A stretch of DNA of 32,000 nt from Haliscomenobacter hydrossis DSM 1100 (GCF_000212735.1 NC_015510.1:2536315-2568314), one strand, 5' to 3'; counted from the stretch's first letter, positions 21,991-30,686 are shown. A program made the numbers and translations. Notes: generated by a model from the sequence alone, not told the origin.

Positions 21991-23408
21991 CAGTATTCAA
22001 ATTCTTTTTGTTCGTAAGGAAACCCAAACAGGAATTTTTCCTTGATCAAGCTGGCCACTTTAACGGGTACCATCATCTCGAATCCGGCATTGCCGCTGCG
22101 CACCAGGGAAAGTACTTCTTTGGAAAAAATGTGTAAAATATCGGGGTCGTACCCTTCGATGTCAGCAATTTGTTGGTTGTCGATCAGGTGGCGGTACAGG
22201 AATTTTGCCCCTTCGGGTACTGGCGTATTTTGCGCGGTCATCAATTCTTCGCTGCCTTCCTGCATCGCGGGGTACACGTAAATTTTGACGTTTTTGGTGA
22301 ACAGCTCTCCAAATGCAGCCAATAAACGCCCGTCCATGTTCTCGTAGTACTTGCGGTTGACCAGTTCCAGCAAAAACTGTACCCCCAGTACCAATCCAAT
22401 TTTATTGATGCGGTAGTCGGCGAGGTAGTTGATCAGTTGGGCGTGTTCTTCACAGTTGGAGATGATCACCGTTTGGCCCAGAGCATTGAGCATCACCGCC
22501 CGGTCGAGGAAGTCTTTTTCATCCAGTTCGCCGTCCAGTTTGAGGTTGGACAAGGTGATTTCGGTGAGCAGGTAGGTCTTTTTGGCATCGACATCGGGTT
22601 CGTTGCGAAATTGCTGGTAGCCACTTTTCAGCATGTCCATATTGACCAAAGTGGGCGGGCGAAAACTGCCGCGCACCACACAGACGTCTTTTTTGTACAA
22701 AAACTCCGAAGCCTGCAAGTTGCGGCCATCGGGGCCAAACATGGCCACATCCGAAAGGCCGTGTTTGATGAGGTAAAGGCTGAGCAAACGATTGTCCACG
22801 TGTTCAAAATCGGGGCCGGTGAGGCGTACCATGTCAATTTTGACCCGGCCACGCAGGCTGTCAATCAGGGATTCGAGCAGTTCTTCGGGGTCGTCGTTGT
22901 GCCGGTAACAGGCATACAGGAGGTTGACCCCCAGGATGCCAATGGCTTGTTGCTGGAGTTTGTTGTCGTTGTCCAACATGCGTACGTGCAACACGAGGTC
23001 GTTGGGTTCGCCTTCAGGAGTCAATTGAAAACGGATGCCCAACCAGCCATCACCCGCGATGGTTTTGGAATAATTGATGGCGGCGATGGTATCGGCAAAG
23101 ACGAAGAAACTGCACTCGGGGCGCTCTTGCCGCAAGCGGGTATTCATCAGCTCGTACTCGTGGTCGAGCATTTTGTACAAACGGGATTCACACACGTAGC
23201 GGCCACTGGGCTCGGGGCCGTAAATGTGATCGGAATACACCTTGTCGTAAGCCGACATGGTTTTGGCGATGGTACCAGCAGCGGCACCCACCTGGAAAAA
23301 GTAGCGGGCTACCTCCTGTCCAGCGCCAATCTCGGCAAAGGTGCCATAAATCAGTGGATCAAGGTTGATCTCAAGTGCTTTCTGTTCGGTTTCGAGTAGT
23401 TTGCGCAT
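21990..23408 (-). CDS. Cytoplasmic protein of unknown function (472 aa)
   Basis: A long ORF with non-repetitive, globular-looking sequence (for example IYGTFAEIGAGQEVARYFFQVGAAAGTIAKTMSAYD). It has no signal peptide or TM segment. I cannot place it in a named family from the sequence alone. I prefer the ATG at 23408 (MRKLLETEQK) over the start at 23513. Confidence 0.75.
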   Translation of the reverse strand: MRKLLETEQKALEINLDPLIYGTFAEIGAGQEVARYFFQVGAAAGTIAKTMSAYDKVYSDHIYGPEPSGRYVCESRLYKMLDHEYELMNTRLRQERPECSFFVFADTIAAINYSKTIAGDGWLGIRFQLTPEGEPNDLVLHVRMLDNDNKLQQQAIGILGVNLLYACYRHNDDPEELLESLIDSLRGRVKIDMVRLTGPDFEHVDNRLLSLYLIKHGLSDVAMFGPDGRNLQASEFLYKKDVCVVRGSFRPPTLVNMDMLKSGYQQFRNEPDVDAKKTYLLTEITLSNLKLDGELDEKDFLDRAVMLNALGQTVIISNCEEHAQLINYLADYRINKIGLVLGVQFLLELVNRKYYENMDGRLLAAFGELFTKNVKIYVYPAMQEGSEELMTAQNTPVPEGAKFLYRHLIDNQQIADIEGYDPDILHIFSKEVLSLVRSGNAGFEMMVPVKVASLIKEKFLFGFPYEQKEFEY

Positions 23409-23522
23409 GGGGATGGATGTTGGGATGCAAGGTACGAAAGATGCGTGGGCTTGCGTAAGGGGCTGGTTTAAATTTTTAAGGCTAAGAATATGTTTAAATC
23501 TTACACCCAACATCCTTCTTTA

Positions 23523-25676
23523 CTACTGCATCCGAACTATTTTACCGCTAACCAATTCAATAGTGCCATTTTCCAGTTGAATGCGCGCCAAAGCCAGATA
23601 CAAACCATTTGCACTGGCCTGCCCATTCCAGCCCCGACTGAGGTCGTTGGCGGAAAAATCCTTGCCCCGCCATAGCACCCGCCCCCATTGATCAAAGACC
23701 TCCATTTCCAGCACCTTGGCATGGCTGTGGGTATGGCTGCGCAGATTGAGCACCTCACCCGGATGGAGTAAACCCGGGAAATAAAAATCGGATTCTTGAG
23801 TGATCTTGATGTCTCGACTGGAAGTAGTGGTGAATTTCACCTCCAGGCAATACGTAGAATCACAGGTGCCTGGCCGGGGAATGACCCGGCAAATGAGGGT
23901 GTCTTGCCTGATCACCTGGTTTTCCCATACATGTACTTCGCCCTTGCGCAAGGTAACTTTTTCCCGCTTGGCAGCTTTGCCCCCATTGGCGGCTAAAATG
24001 GTGATGCCTGCTACCCAGGTGCAGCCATTGTAATCCTCAATGTTGATGAAATGGCTCCCTGGCTGAGTGAAGGTACGGCGAGGAACGCGAGTCTGATTTT
24101 CCCATTGATACCGTTGAGCAGACAATAAACCTGCCGAAATATCCCAGGTGATGCTGTCCCCAGCACAAAGCTGGACAATCTGGGTCTGGCGTTCACGGAT
24201 CCCATTGATGCCGATAGCCGGGAAGGGCAAGGGGCGTTCCACCGTAACCTGGGCCGTATCGGCAGGGCAGTCTCCCGCTTTGACGATGTAGAAATAATGC
24301 GCTGCGGTATCCTGGTCGGGGCTCAGGAGGTTGTTGAGCCGCAAGGCAGGGTACCAGGTACCGCCCGGATAAGCTTTGGGACCCAGCGTTTTGTACAAAT
24401 CGATGAAGCTGCCATGTTCACAGCCTTGTACGGTGGCATCGTTGCCCGCGAAGGGACGGGCGTACGCGCGTACCCGCAGGTAGGTCATGGCCGGGTCACC
24501 TTTGATGCCGTTTTTGTAAATGTTGCACAACACGACCCGTTCGCCATCCTGCACCTCCGTAGCTTCGATGCGGTAACGAATGCTGCGCAGGGCATCCGTA
24601 AAAGCTTCATCGCTGGCAGTACCCAGATTGCGCAGCACGATTTTTTCCTTGCCAATAAAACTGGTGCTTATACCCGGAAAAATACCGCGCAGCTCCAATA
24701 TTTCCTGTCCAGGGTGTTTGATGCCGGATTGAATTTGGACCACCAACGAATCGATGCCGCCAATGTAGGATTTGATACTGGCGTCCCGATCGGCAATGGG
24801 CAGGGTAGTAAGACAGAGCGTATCGATCAGGTAATGATCCACAAGGCGGCCACTGCTGTTGTCAGGGTCCAGATCCATGCGGATGTTGAATTGGGTGCGG
24901 ACATCGTCGTCGCTGGTCATCCCCCAAATGATGGGATAGTTTAAGGGGCGCTTGTCACATATGGTGACAAGCCTTTTATTTTCCAAATCAATTTCAACTA
25001 AATCATTGATTCCCCGCTCTATGTTGTTGTAGCCATTGCCAAGTGTACCATATAAACGGCGCTTTTTAGCCGTATAATCCCATAAGGTTGCTAAGCCAAA
25101 AATTCTGTTTTCTTTGGGGAAAGCCATGATAGTATCTATACTTCCGGTTTTGAGGTCAATCTTAAAAATCCATTGTCCGGGCGGATTAGGAGTAATGCTC
25201 TCGGCCTGGGTGATCAAAACGCTGTCTTCGGGCATAAACTGGATATCCCCTGGGATGGAACCATAGAAGTTGATGGGTCTGATTTTTTGGGTAGCCAGGT
25301 CCATCGAAATGATTGCAAATGAAATCCCAAAATAACATACCCCTTGTGGGCTGATCGTCAAAGAAGAAGATCCATAATGGAAATTAATGAGGGTATCGAC
25401 AAGCGTATTCTTGCGAATATCCAATTCGCAAATGCGATAAGGTCGTTGCTCTTGAGAGGACGCAGTTCCAATGTGTCCTAACATGCGCCCATCAGGTGCA
25501 ATAGCAATTTCTGAAAAAGGTATCCGATATTTTCCCTTCACTGGGGTTAAGTAATTGTATTCACAAGTGTTGAGTTTAATTTCGCCCAAATAAAGTTCGC
25601 CACTTGTGTTGTAGTAAATTTGTCCACTGATTTTGACACTTAAAAATAGCAAAATGAAAAGAGTTAAAATTCTCAT
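23523..25676 (-). CDS. Secreted protein with a T9SS type-B (gliding-motility-associated) C-terminal domain
   Basis: The signal peptide MRILTLFILLFLSVKISGQ is read from the ATG at 25676. The N-terminal ~250 aa look like a repetitive beta-rich (propeller-like) region. The C-terminal ~90 aa (VFDQWGRVLWRG..WNGQ..NGLYLALARIQLENG..SGKIVRMQ) match the type-B CTD pattern. Confidence 0.78.
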   Translation of the reverse strand: MRILTLFILLFLSVKISGQIYYNTSGELYLGEIKLNTCEYNYLTPVKGKYRIPFSEIAIAPDGRMLGHIGTASSQEQRPYRICELDIRKNTLVDTLINFHYGSSSLTISPQGVCYFGISFAIISMDLATQKIRPINFYGSIPGDIQFMPEDSVLITQAESITPNPPGQWIFKIDLKTGSIDTIMAFPKENRIFGLATLWDYTAKKRRLYGTLGNGYNNIERGINDLVEIDLENKRLVTICDKRPLNYPIIWGMTSDDDVRTQFNIRMDLDPDNSSGRLVDHYLIDTLCLTTLPIADRDASIKSYIGGIDSLVVQIQSGIKHPGQEILELRGIFPGISTSFIGKEKIVLRNLGTASDEAFTDALRSIRYRIEATEVQDGERVVLCNIYKNGIKGDPAMTYLRVRAYARPFAGNDATVQGCEHGSFIDLYKTLGPKAYPGGTWYPALRLNNLLSPDQDTAAHYFYIVKAGDCPADTAQVTVERPLPFPAIGINGIRERQTQIVQLCAGDSITWDISAGLLSAQRYQWENQTRVPRRTFTQPGSHFINIEDYNGCTWVAGITILAANGGKAAKREKVTLRKGEVHVWENQVIRQDTLICRVIPRPGTCDSTYCLEVKFTTTSSRDIKITQESDFYFPGLLHPGEVLNLRSHTHSHAKVLEMEVFDQWGRVLWRGKDFSANDLSRGWNGQASANGLYLALARIQLENGTIELVSGKIVRMQ

Positions 25677-25751
25677 TGCTAGTTGATTTAAAAACACCTG
25701 TAGCAAGCAATCTGCTGCTTGCCACAGGTGCTGGTTCATGGGAAAAATGGT

Positions 25752-27491
25752 TTATTCTTTGATTAGCTTTCCACTGATGACTTTACCAGAAAGCACCAAT
25801 TGATAAAGGATAATCCCAGCTGGTAGGTCATCAAGTTGATCGATGCTGATGTTGTTTTGGCCGGACACTACCTCCATCTTGATGGTACGCAATAAACGTC
25901 CATCTTGTGACAATAAGCGCAAGTCAGCTTGACCAGTAGCTGTCGTAGTGATGTTCAAGCTCAGTTTATCCCTAAATGGATTGGGGTGAATACCTTCGCT
26001 TAATACCCGGGATGGTTGATTGGGTAGACCAAACAAATTATACCCACCCTCGGCCTCCTCGTATTCTAATCCAATCGCTTCGCCTCGGCTGTCTTTGGCA
26101 TTAAAAGCCAAGTTTTGCAACCGATCGTAACTGAGGGATACTGCCTTTTCGGAAATTTTGGTGCTTGCATTGAATAGGTTAGCGCGGACATAAAACAAGG
26201 GCTCATTGGATTTTACTGAAATACCCGCCTTACTTTTGGTATTCATCCAAAGCACGTTGACCAATCCCCTATTGTATTGGTCTAAAGCGTAACAACTGTC
26301 TGAAAACTCTGGAAGTGCTCCGGCCACCAGGCCAAGTACTTCAATCTTGTCAGCATCAAAATTAAGCCCCAGTGAAAACAACATTTCCTGATCAAACTGT
26401 TTGCCATACACCGGGATCAAAACGGTTTGGTCTTTTTGAATTTGTGCTTTACCCAGCTTGAATAGTTTGCTCGCTGTGTTTTCAGCAAAGGAAGCGGTGG
26501 CGCAACTGCTACCAGAGCCATCCACATCTCCATATTTGATTCCGTAAAAAGTATTGGTTGGAATTAACCCAATTTGCATCAGGGTGTTGTAAGAAGGAAC
26601 TTGAAGTGAATTGGAAGGCATTGCAATACCATTGTAATTGCTAGATGGGATAAATTCCCAATCTTTTACAAAGCTGCTTTGCCCCAAAATAATTTGCCGC
26701 ATTTTTGATAAATCAGAAGTACTTATTGCCCCATTTCGGTTGACATCAGCAGCAATAGGCTCGTATGGTTGGGAGAAGGTTGCATAATTTAGAATTACGC
26801 GTTGGGTTAAAGTTATATCATACTCACCAATGCCACATTGGGATGAAGCGTCGTCCCGACTAGCTTCTGCTGTGAAGCTTGGAACAGGAAGCATCAGCGC
26901 ACTGTACGTACCTTGGGAAGATGTTTGAACATAAGTAGGATCGCCAGTACTTGGGGTTATTATCACCGTGACATTATTCATCGAACTACTAGTTGGAATC
27001 TTAATGACGCTTCCAGTGACTGTCACACTGGGCATGGTATAATTCAAACAAGGGGTAAATAAATCCAAGGAAGAGCAGGTGATGGTTGGTGTTCTTTGCA
27101 CCCCACCACTAGCCGTAAAAAGGCAGATGTCGGTTGAATTTCCTGGTGGTAGCGAAAAAATAACATCACACAGTTTGAAAGTCCCAGAGGTATTTATAGG
27201 AATTGTTGGTAAGGTAGTTTTAATAATTCTTACTCCACCAGGTACCGTCTGGCTCGCGGCGGCTGAAAAATTCGCAACCGCTACAGCTGATACATACGTT
27301 GCGGAACCCAATGTAATGGTAACATCTAAGTTATAGATTGTAGTTGGTGGGTTGTTGTACCGTACTTCAAGGGTGACGTTACCGTTTACTACTACTGGAT
27401 TTGCAAAGCTAATTGTCCCACACTGGGCACCAAGCTTCGCTTTTACCAATACCAGCAGAAGCAAAACAAGAATGGTTTTGAAAAATTGCAT
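25752..27491 (-). CDS. Secreted protein with a dockerin-like Ca-binding loop, cohesin-like region and T9SS type-A C-terminal sorting domain
   Basis: Signal peptide: MQFFKTILVLLLLVLVKAKLGAQ. Dockerin/EF-hand-like loop: DVNRNGAISTSDLSKMRQIILG. The C-terminal ~80 aa (IHPNPFRDKLSLNI...LPAGIILYQLVLSGKVISGKLIKE) match the Por/T9SS sorting-domain pattern. Confidence 0.78.
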   Translation of the reverse strand: MQFFKTILVLLLLVLVKAKLGAQCGTISFANPVVVNGNVTLEVRYNNPPTTIYNLDVTITLGSATYVSAVAVANFSAAASQTVPGGVRIIKTTLPTIPINTSGTFKLCDVIFSLPPGNSTDICLFTASGGVQRTPTITCSSLDLFTPCLNYTMPSVTVTGSVIKIPTSSSMNNVTVIITPSTGDPTYVQTSSQGTYSALMLPVPSFTAEASRDDASSQCGIGEYDITLTQRVILNYATFSQPYEPIAADVNRNGAISTSDLSKMRQIILGQSSFVKDWEFIPSSNYNGIAMPSNSLQVPSYNTLMQIGLIPTNTFYGIKYGDVDGSGSSCATASFAENTASKLFKLGKAQIQKDQTVLIPVYGKQFDQEMLFSLGLNFDADKIEVLGLVAGALPEFSDSCYALDQYNRGLVNVLWMNTKSKAGISVKSNEPLFYVRANLFNASTKISEKAVSLSYDRLQNLAFNAKDSRGEAIGLEYEEAEGGYNLFGLPNQPSRVLSEGIHPNPFRDKLSLNITTTATGQADLRLLSQDGRLLRTIKMEVVSGQNNISIDQLDDLPAGIILYQLVLSGKVISGKLIKE

Positions 27492-27629
27492 AAGTGTTTA
27501 ATTTAGGTTGTTGACAAAACAACCCAGGCCTGGGAGTAGGGGGGCACGTTGCCGCACCATGAAATTTCGACCGTAAGTTAGCAGATTGCACAACATCCAA
27601 ACTGGACAAATTTGGACAAAATCGGACAC

Positions 27630-27929
27630 TCACTCGATTTCAAATCTTTTTTTTTCTTCTGGGTGAAATCCATTTTCGAGCGGATCAAAATGTTGATTTT
27701 GATCGCTTGACTTTTCAATACTAAGGTGCGTAAACTCTTCCTGACCATTGGGCTTAACGATGGGCATGTTGAGTAAAAACACCTTTATTTCTTGGGCATT
27801 TTTGGCGGATACCAAGCCTGATGGCAGGAGAAAACCTAATTTTTGCAGTTTTCGTTTCAGCGTTCTAGGATGACAGCCGATTTCGGTCGCGAGTTGTTCG
27901 CGAGTCATAAAGTTTTGGGAACTCATCAC
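27630..27929 (-). CDS. Small helix-turn-helix protein
   Basis: 99 aa. The block MTREQLATEIGCHPRTLKRKLQKLG has a classic HTH spacing. The C-terminal half is acidic and low in complexity. It lies upstream of and co-oriented with the two T9SS cargo genes. Confidence 0.55.
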   Translation of the reverse strand: MMSSQNFMTREQLATEIGCHPRTLKRKLQKLGFLLPSGLVSAKNAQEIKVFLLNMPIVKPNGQEEFTHLSIEKSSDQNQHFDPLENGFHPEEKKRFEIE

Positions 27930-28013
27930 AGTTGGGTCTTATTTTATCGCAACATACAACCAATTTAAAAATGAGGCAAGAAGCAAATTGTTAAGATTAT
28001 TGTTTTTTTGCGT

Positions 28014-29231
28014 TTACGCGCTTTTCTCCTTCATCCCCATCAACAAAAAGAAACACGCCAACGCCACCCCCATCGCGTTTTCCAAAGTCGCCTCCACCAA
28101 CAAAGACGCAAAAATGACCACATAACTGCCCAAAAACAACCAATCCTGATAATTGCGGCCATACAAAAGCGGCACAAAAATAGCGACGCAAAAGAGTGCA
28201 AGCCCCACCAGACCCGAGCCTGCCGCCACGTACAAAAACTGGTTGTGCGGCATCATCACCCTTGCGGCATTGGGGAAATGAGCCTGGTATTGGAAGGCTA
28301 CCGCCTGATCCAGATTACCCGCACCGACCCCCAGCAAAGGCGCTGCTTTGAAGATGTTCCAGCCTACTTTTAAGGTCGTCATACGTTCTGAATCGGACAA
28401 CATGGTGCCCTGTCCACTTTGGCGCATACGCAGATCGTAAAGGGCGTAGTCGATTTTCATTTTAAAACTCGGCAGTAAAAAATACCCCAGAACGGGTAGT
28501 GTGCACAATGCCACGATCACCGCCAAACCCAGCCAATAGCGCTTGCTCACCCAGGCATAGCGCAAACCCAATACAAAAATGGCCAGATACAACGCCGCAA
28601 TGCCGCTGCGCACCGACAGTACATGGATGAAGACAAACAAAAACAAGCCCATGCCCGCGATCCACTGCCTTTCCTGCTCTTTTTTCCAATAATATCCCTG
28701 GGTATACAAATAACCTGCCGCAATGATGCCAATGGCCAACAACAAACTAAAGCGGATGTGATTGGTGGGCATTGGCATCGATTGTCCTTGTTTGATCAAC
28801 AGTTGAATCTCCTCAAAATGCAGGTTGTAATTGATGAGAATGCCCAGACTGGTCAGGGACAAAACGATCACCAAAAGGTAAAGTAGCCCCATATATTGCC
28901 GTGGACTAAATTTTGGCATAAAAAAGAAAGCCAGGGGGAGCACCAAAAACGGTAGTTTGATGCGCAGACGCTCCTGCCAAAAATCCAGGTCTTGCACTGA
29001 CCAGGCACCCAACAACACAATGCCGAAATGTAAGCCAAAAACCCAAAAATCGGGTCGCTGCCAAAATGCCTTCCATTGCTCCTTTAACGTACTGCGGGTA
29101 GCCACTGCTTCCCATACTGCTGCGATGGCGAAGCCAAACAAGCTCATCGATTGCAGGTAAGGAGAAACCACTAGCCCGATCAGGAGCGCGAGGCAGGATA
29201 AGTAAGTAAAGTAGAGGCGGAGCTGTGACAT
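28014..29231 (-). CDS. O-antigen ligase/polymerase-like (Wzy_C) integral membrane protein
   Basis: 405 aa with about 10-12 hydrophobic helices. The block MMPHNQFLYVAAGSGLVGLALF resembles the conserved HN..L....G..G loop of the O-antigen ligase family. Confidence 0.75.
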   Translation of the reverse strand: MSQLRLYFTYLSCLALLIGLVVSPYLQSMSLFGFAIAAVWEAVATRSTLKEQWKAFWQRPDFWVFGLHFGIVLLGAWSVQDLDFWQERLRIKLPFLVLPLAFFFMPKFSPRQYMGLLYLLVIVLSLTSLGILINYNLHFEEIQLLIKQGQSMPMPTNHIRFSLLLAIGIIAAGYLYTQGYYWKKEQERQWIAGMGLFLFVFIHVLSVRSGIAALYLAIFVLGLRYAWVSKRYWLGLAVIVALCTLPVLGYFLLPSFKMKIDYALYDLRMRQSGQGTMLSDSERMTTLKVGWNIFKAAPLLGVGAGNLDQAVAFQYQAHFPNAARVMMPHNQFLYVAAGSGLVGLALFCVAIFVPLLYGRNYQDWLFLGSYVVIFASLLVEATLENAMGVALACFFLLMGMKEKSA

Positions 29232-29245
29232 TTAAGTTGAAAAGT

Positions 29246-29325
29246 TTAGGGTTCGAGGGTTCGAAAGTTCGGGGGTTCGAAGTTCGGTAACCCTCGAACC
29301 CCCGAACTTTCGAACCCTCGAACCC
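29246..29325. repeat. Periodic-arm hairpin element, GGTTCGRR type
   Basis: TTAGGGTTCGAGGGTTCGAAAGTTCGGGGGTTCGA - loop - TCGAACCCCCGAACTTTCGAACCCTCGAACCC, about 32 bp of perfect stem. It lies 14 nt upstream of the minus-strand start at 29231. Confidence 0.92.
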
Positions 29326-29382
29326 ATTAAAAATGGAACTCTGCGCAATATCGCCATTGTTATTGATTCCAGATGAAAGCAA

Positions 29383-29530
29383 GTTTAAAGTTTTTTGTTT
29401 TGCTGCAAATGGCCCAATTTAGGCTGCATTTCGCCACGAAAATGCTCATTTAGCGCTGCTAAACTCCGCTTTTCGCGTCTCATTCAGCCCAAATTGGCCT
29501 CATTTTCGCCTAAAACAAAAAAATTTAAAC
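29383..29530. repeat. Imperfect ~45-bp inverted repeat upstream of pheS
   Basis: GTTTAAAGTTTTTTGTTTTGCTGCAAATGGCCCAATTTAGGCTG (29383-29426) pairs with CAGCCCAAATTGGCCTCATTTTCGCCTAAAACAAAAAAATTTAAAC (29485-29530). The outer ~20 bp and inner ~13 bp pair well. The loop holds a small hairpin, GCATTTCG-CCA-CGAAAATGC. Confidence 0.75.
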
Positions 29531-29550
29531 ATGCTCGAAACGAAAATGCT

Positions 29551-29558
29551 TACTTTTG
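29551..29558 (+). promoter_or_regulatory. Candidate Bacteroidota-type -7 box (TACTTTTG) upstream of pheS
   Basis: Matches TAnnTTTG and ends 16 nt before the pheS ATG. No clear -33 TTTG partner was seen. This call conflicts with the alternative 15-codon uORF reading of the same region. Confidence 0.3.
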
Positions 29559-29574
29559 CCAGCGATTTTAAAAA

Positions 29575-30618
29575 ATGACTATGTCTGCCAACGCATTTCA
29601 ACAATTACAGGACTTGTTGCAGGAAATTGAGGCGGCCAATCCGGCCAACGCCGAGGCCATTGAGCAGTTTCGTTTGCGGTTCCTGGGGTCAAACAACGTG
29701 ATCAAACCCTTGATGGGCGAAATTCGGAACGTACCGAATGAGCAAAAAAAAGAGTTTGGCCAGTTGATCAACAAAGCCAAAGAGCAAGCTGAGGCCAAAT
29801 TTGATGCCCTCAAGGCGGTAGCAGAAGCTGCTGCGGAAAAATCACAGGCGGCAGGTTTGGACATTACCGCACCTGGCGAACCCATCGACCTGGGCTCACG
29901 CCATCCGGTAGCGGTGACGCTCAACCGCATCGTGCGCATTTTTGAACGCCTGGGTTTTGTGGTGGCCGAAGAGCGAGAGATTGAAGACGATTGGCACAAC
30001 TTCAGCGCCATGAACACGCCCGCAGACCACCCGGCGCGCGACATGCAAGATACGTACTACCTGCGCAACAGCACCGAAATGCTGCTGCGTACCCATACTT
30101 CCTCCGTACAAGCGCGGGTGATGACCTCGCAAAAACCGCCCATCCGCATCATTGCGCCGGGCCGGGTGTACCGCAACGAAACCATTTCGGCGCGTTCGCA
30201 TTGTCAGTTCCACCAAGTGGAAGGCTTGTACATTGACAAAGGGGTCTCTTTTGCCGACATGAAACAAACCCTGTACTATTTCGCTCGCGAAATGTACGGA
30301 CCCAATACCAAAATACGCCTCCGCCCCTCGTTTTTCCCCTTTACCGAACCCAGTGCAGAAATGGACGTTTCCTGTTTCATCTGCAACAGCAAAGGTTGCC
30401 GGGTCTGCAAATACAGCGGTTGGGTGGAAATTCTGGGCTGCGGCATGGTTGACCCTCAAGTGTTGATCAACTGTGGCATCGATCCTGAAGAGTATTCTGG
30501 CTTTGCCTTTGGCATGGGCATCGAACGCCAGGCGATGATGTTGTACACGATTACGGATATCCGCTTGTTGTTTGAAAACGATGTGCGGTTTTTGAAGCAA
30601 TTCTCGTCAGTCATTTAG
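29575..30618 (+). CDS. pheS: Phenylalanine--tRNA ligase alpha subunit
   Basis: Class II synthetase motifs of PheS are present: HPARDMQDTYY, LLRTHTSSVQAR, GRVYRNE, FHQVEGL and FGMGIERQAMM. The product is 347 aa. Confidence 0.94.
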   Translation: MTMSANAFQQLQDLLQEIEAANPANAEAIEQFRLRFLGSNNVIKPLMGEIRNVPNEQKKEFGQLINKAKEQAEAKFDALKAVAEAAAEKSQAAGLDITAPGEPIDLGSRHPVAVTLNRIVRIFERLGFVVAEEREIEDDWHNFSAMNTPADHPARDMQDTYYLRNSTEMLLRTHTSSVQARVMTSQKPPIRIIAPGRVYRNETISARSHCQFHQVEGLYIDKGVSFADMKQTLYYFAREMYGPNTKIRLRPSFFPFTEPSAEMDVSCFICNSKGCRVCKYSGWVEILGCGMVDPQVLINCGIDPEEYSGFAFGMGIERQAMMLYTITDIRLLFENDVRFLKQFSSVI

Positions 30619-30680
30619 GGTTCGAGGGTTCGGGGGTTCGTAGGTTCGAACCCCCGAACCCCCGAACCCTCGAACCCTAA
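30616..30680. repeat. Periodic-arm hairpin element, GGTTCGRR type
   Basis: TAGGGTTCGAGGGTTCGGGGGTTCGTAGGTTCG | CGAACCCCCGAACCCCCGAACCCTCGAACCCTAA, with almost no loop. Its first three nt are the pheS TAG stop, and it ends 6 nt before the hisS ATG. Confidence 0.92.
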
Positions 30681-30686
30681 AAAATA

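Noticed and set aside
22437-23399. A 320-aa plus-strand ORF opposite the 472-aa gene. Similar cases are 15256-16020 and 16460-17119 (minus strand, opposite the pfkB-family and AAA genes), 24297-24944 (plus strand) and 29896-30600 (minus strand, opposite pheS)
   Set aside because: These are shadow ORFs antisense to genes that carry clear catalytic motifs. None has a motif, signal peptide or plausible start context of its own.
27492-27629. Short direct repeats (TTTGTCC twice on the minus strand) and a 7-bp hairpin (GGTTGTT-TTGTC-AACAACC) between the HTH gene and the 579-aa cargo gene, as a possible operator or terminator
   Set aside because: The repeats are too short and too few to distinguish from chance in A+T-rich DNA, and I could not pair them with a convincing TAnnTTTG promoter box.
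29246-29325. The TTAGGG / CCCTAA termini of the GGTTCGRR elements resemble the eukaryotic telomere repeat unit
   Set aside because: Each end has a single hexamer, not an array. It follows from the GGTTCG unit plus a TA(A/G) stop-codon context, so I regard it as coincidence.
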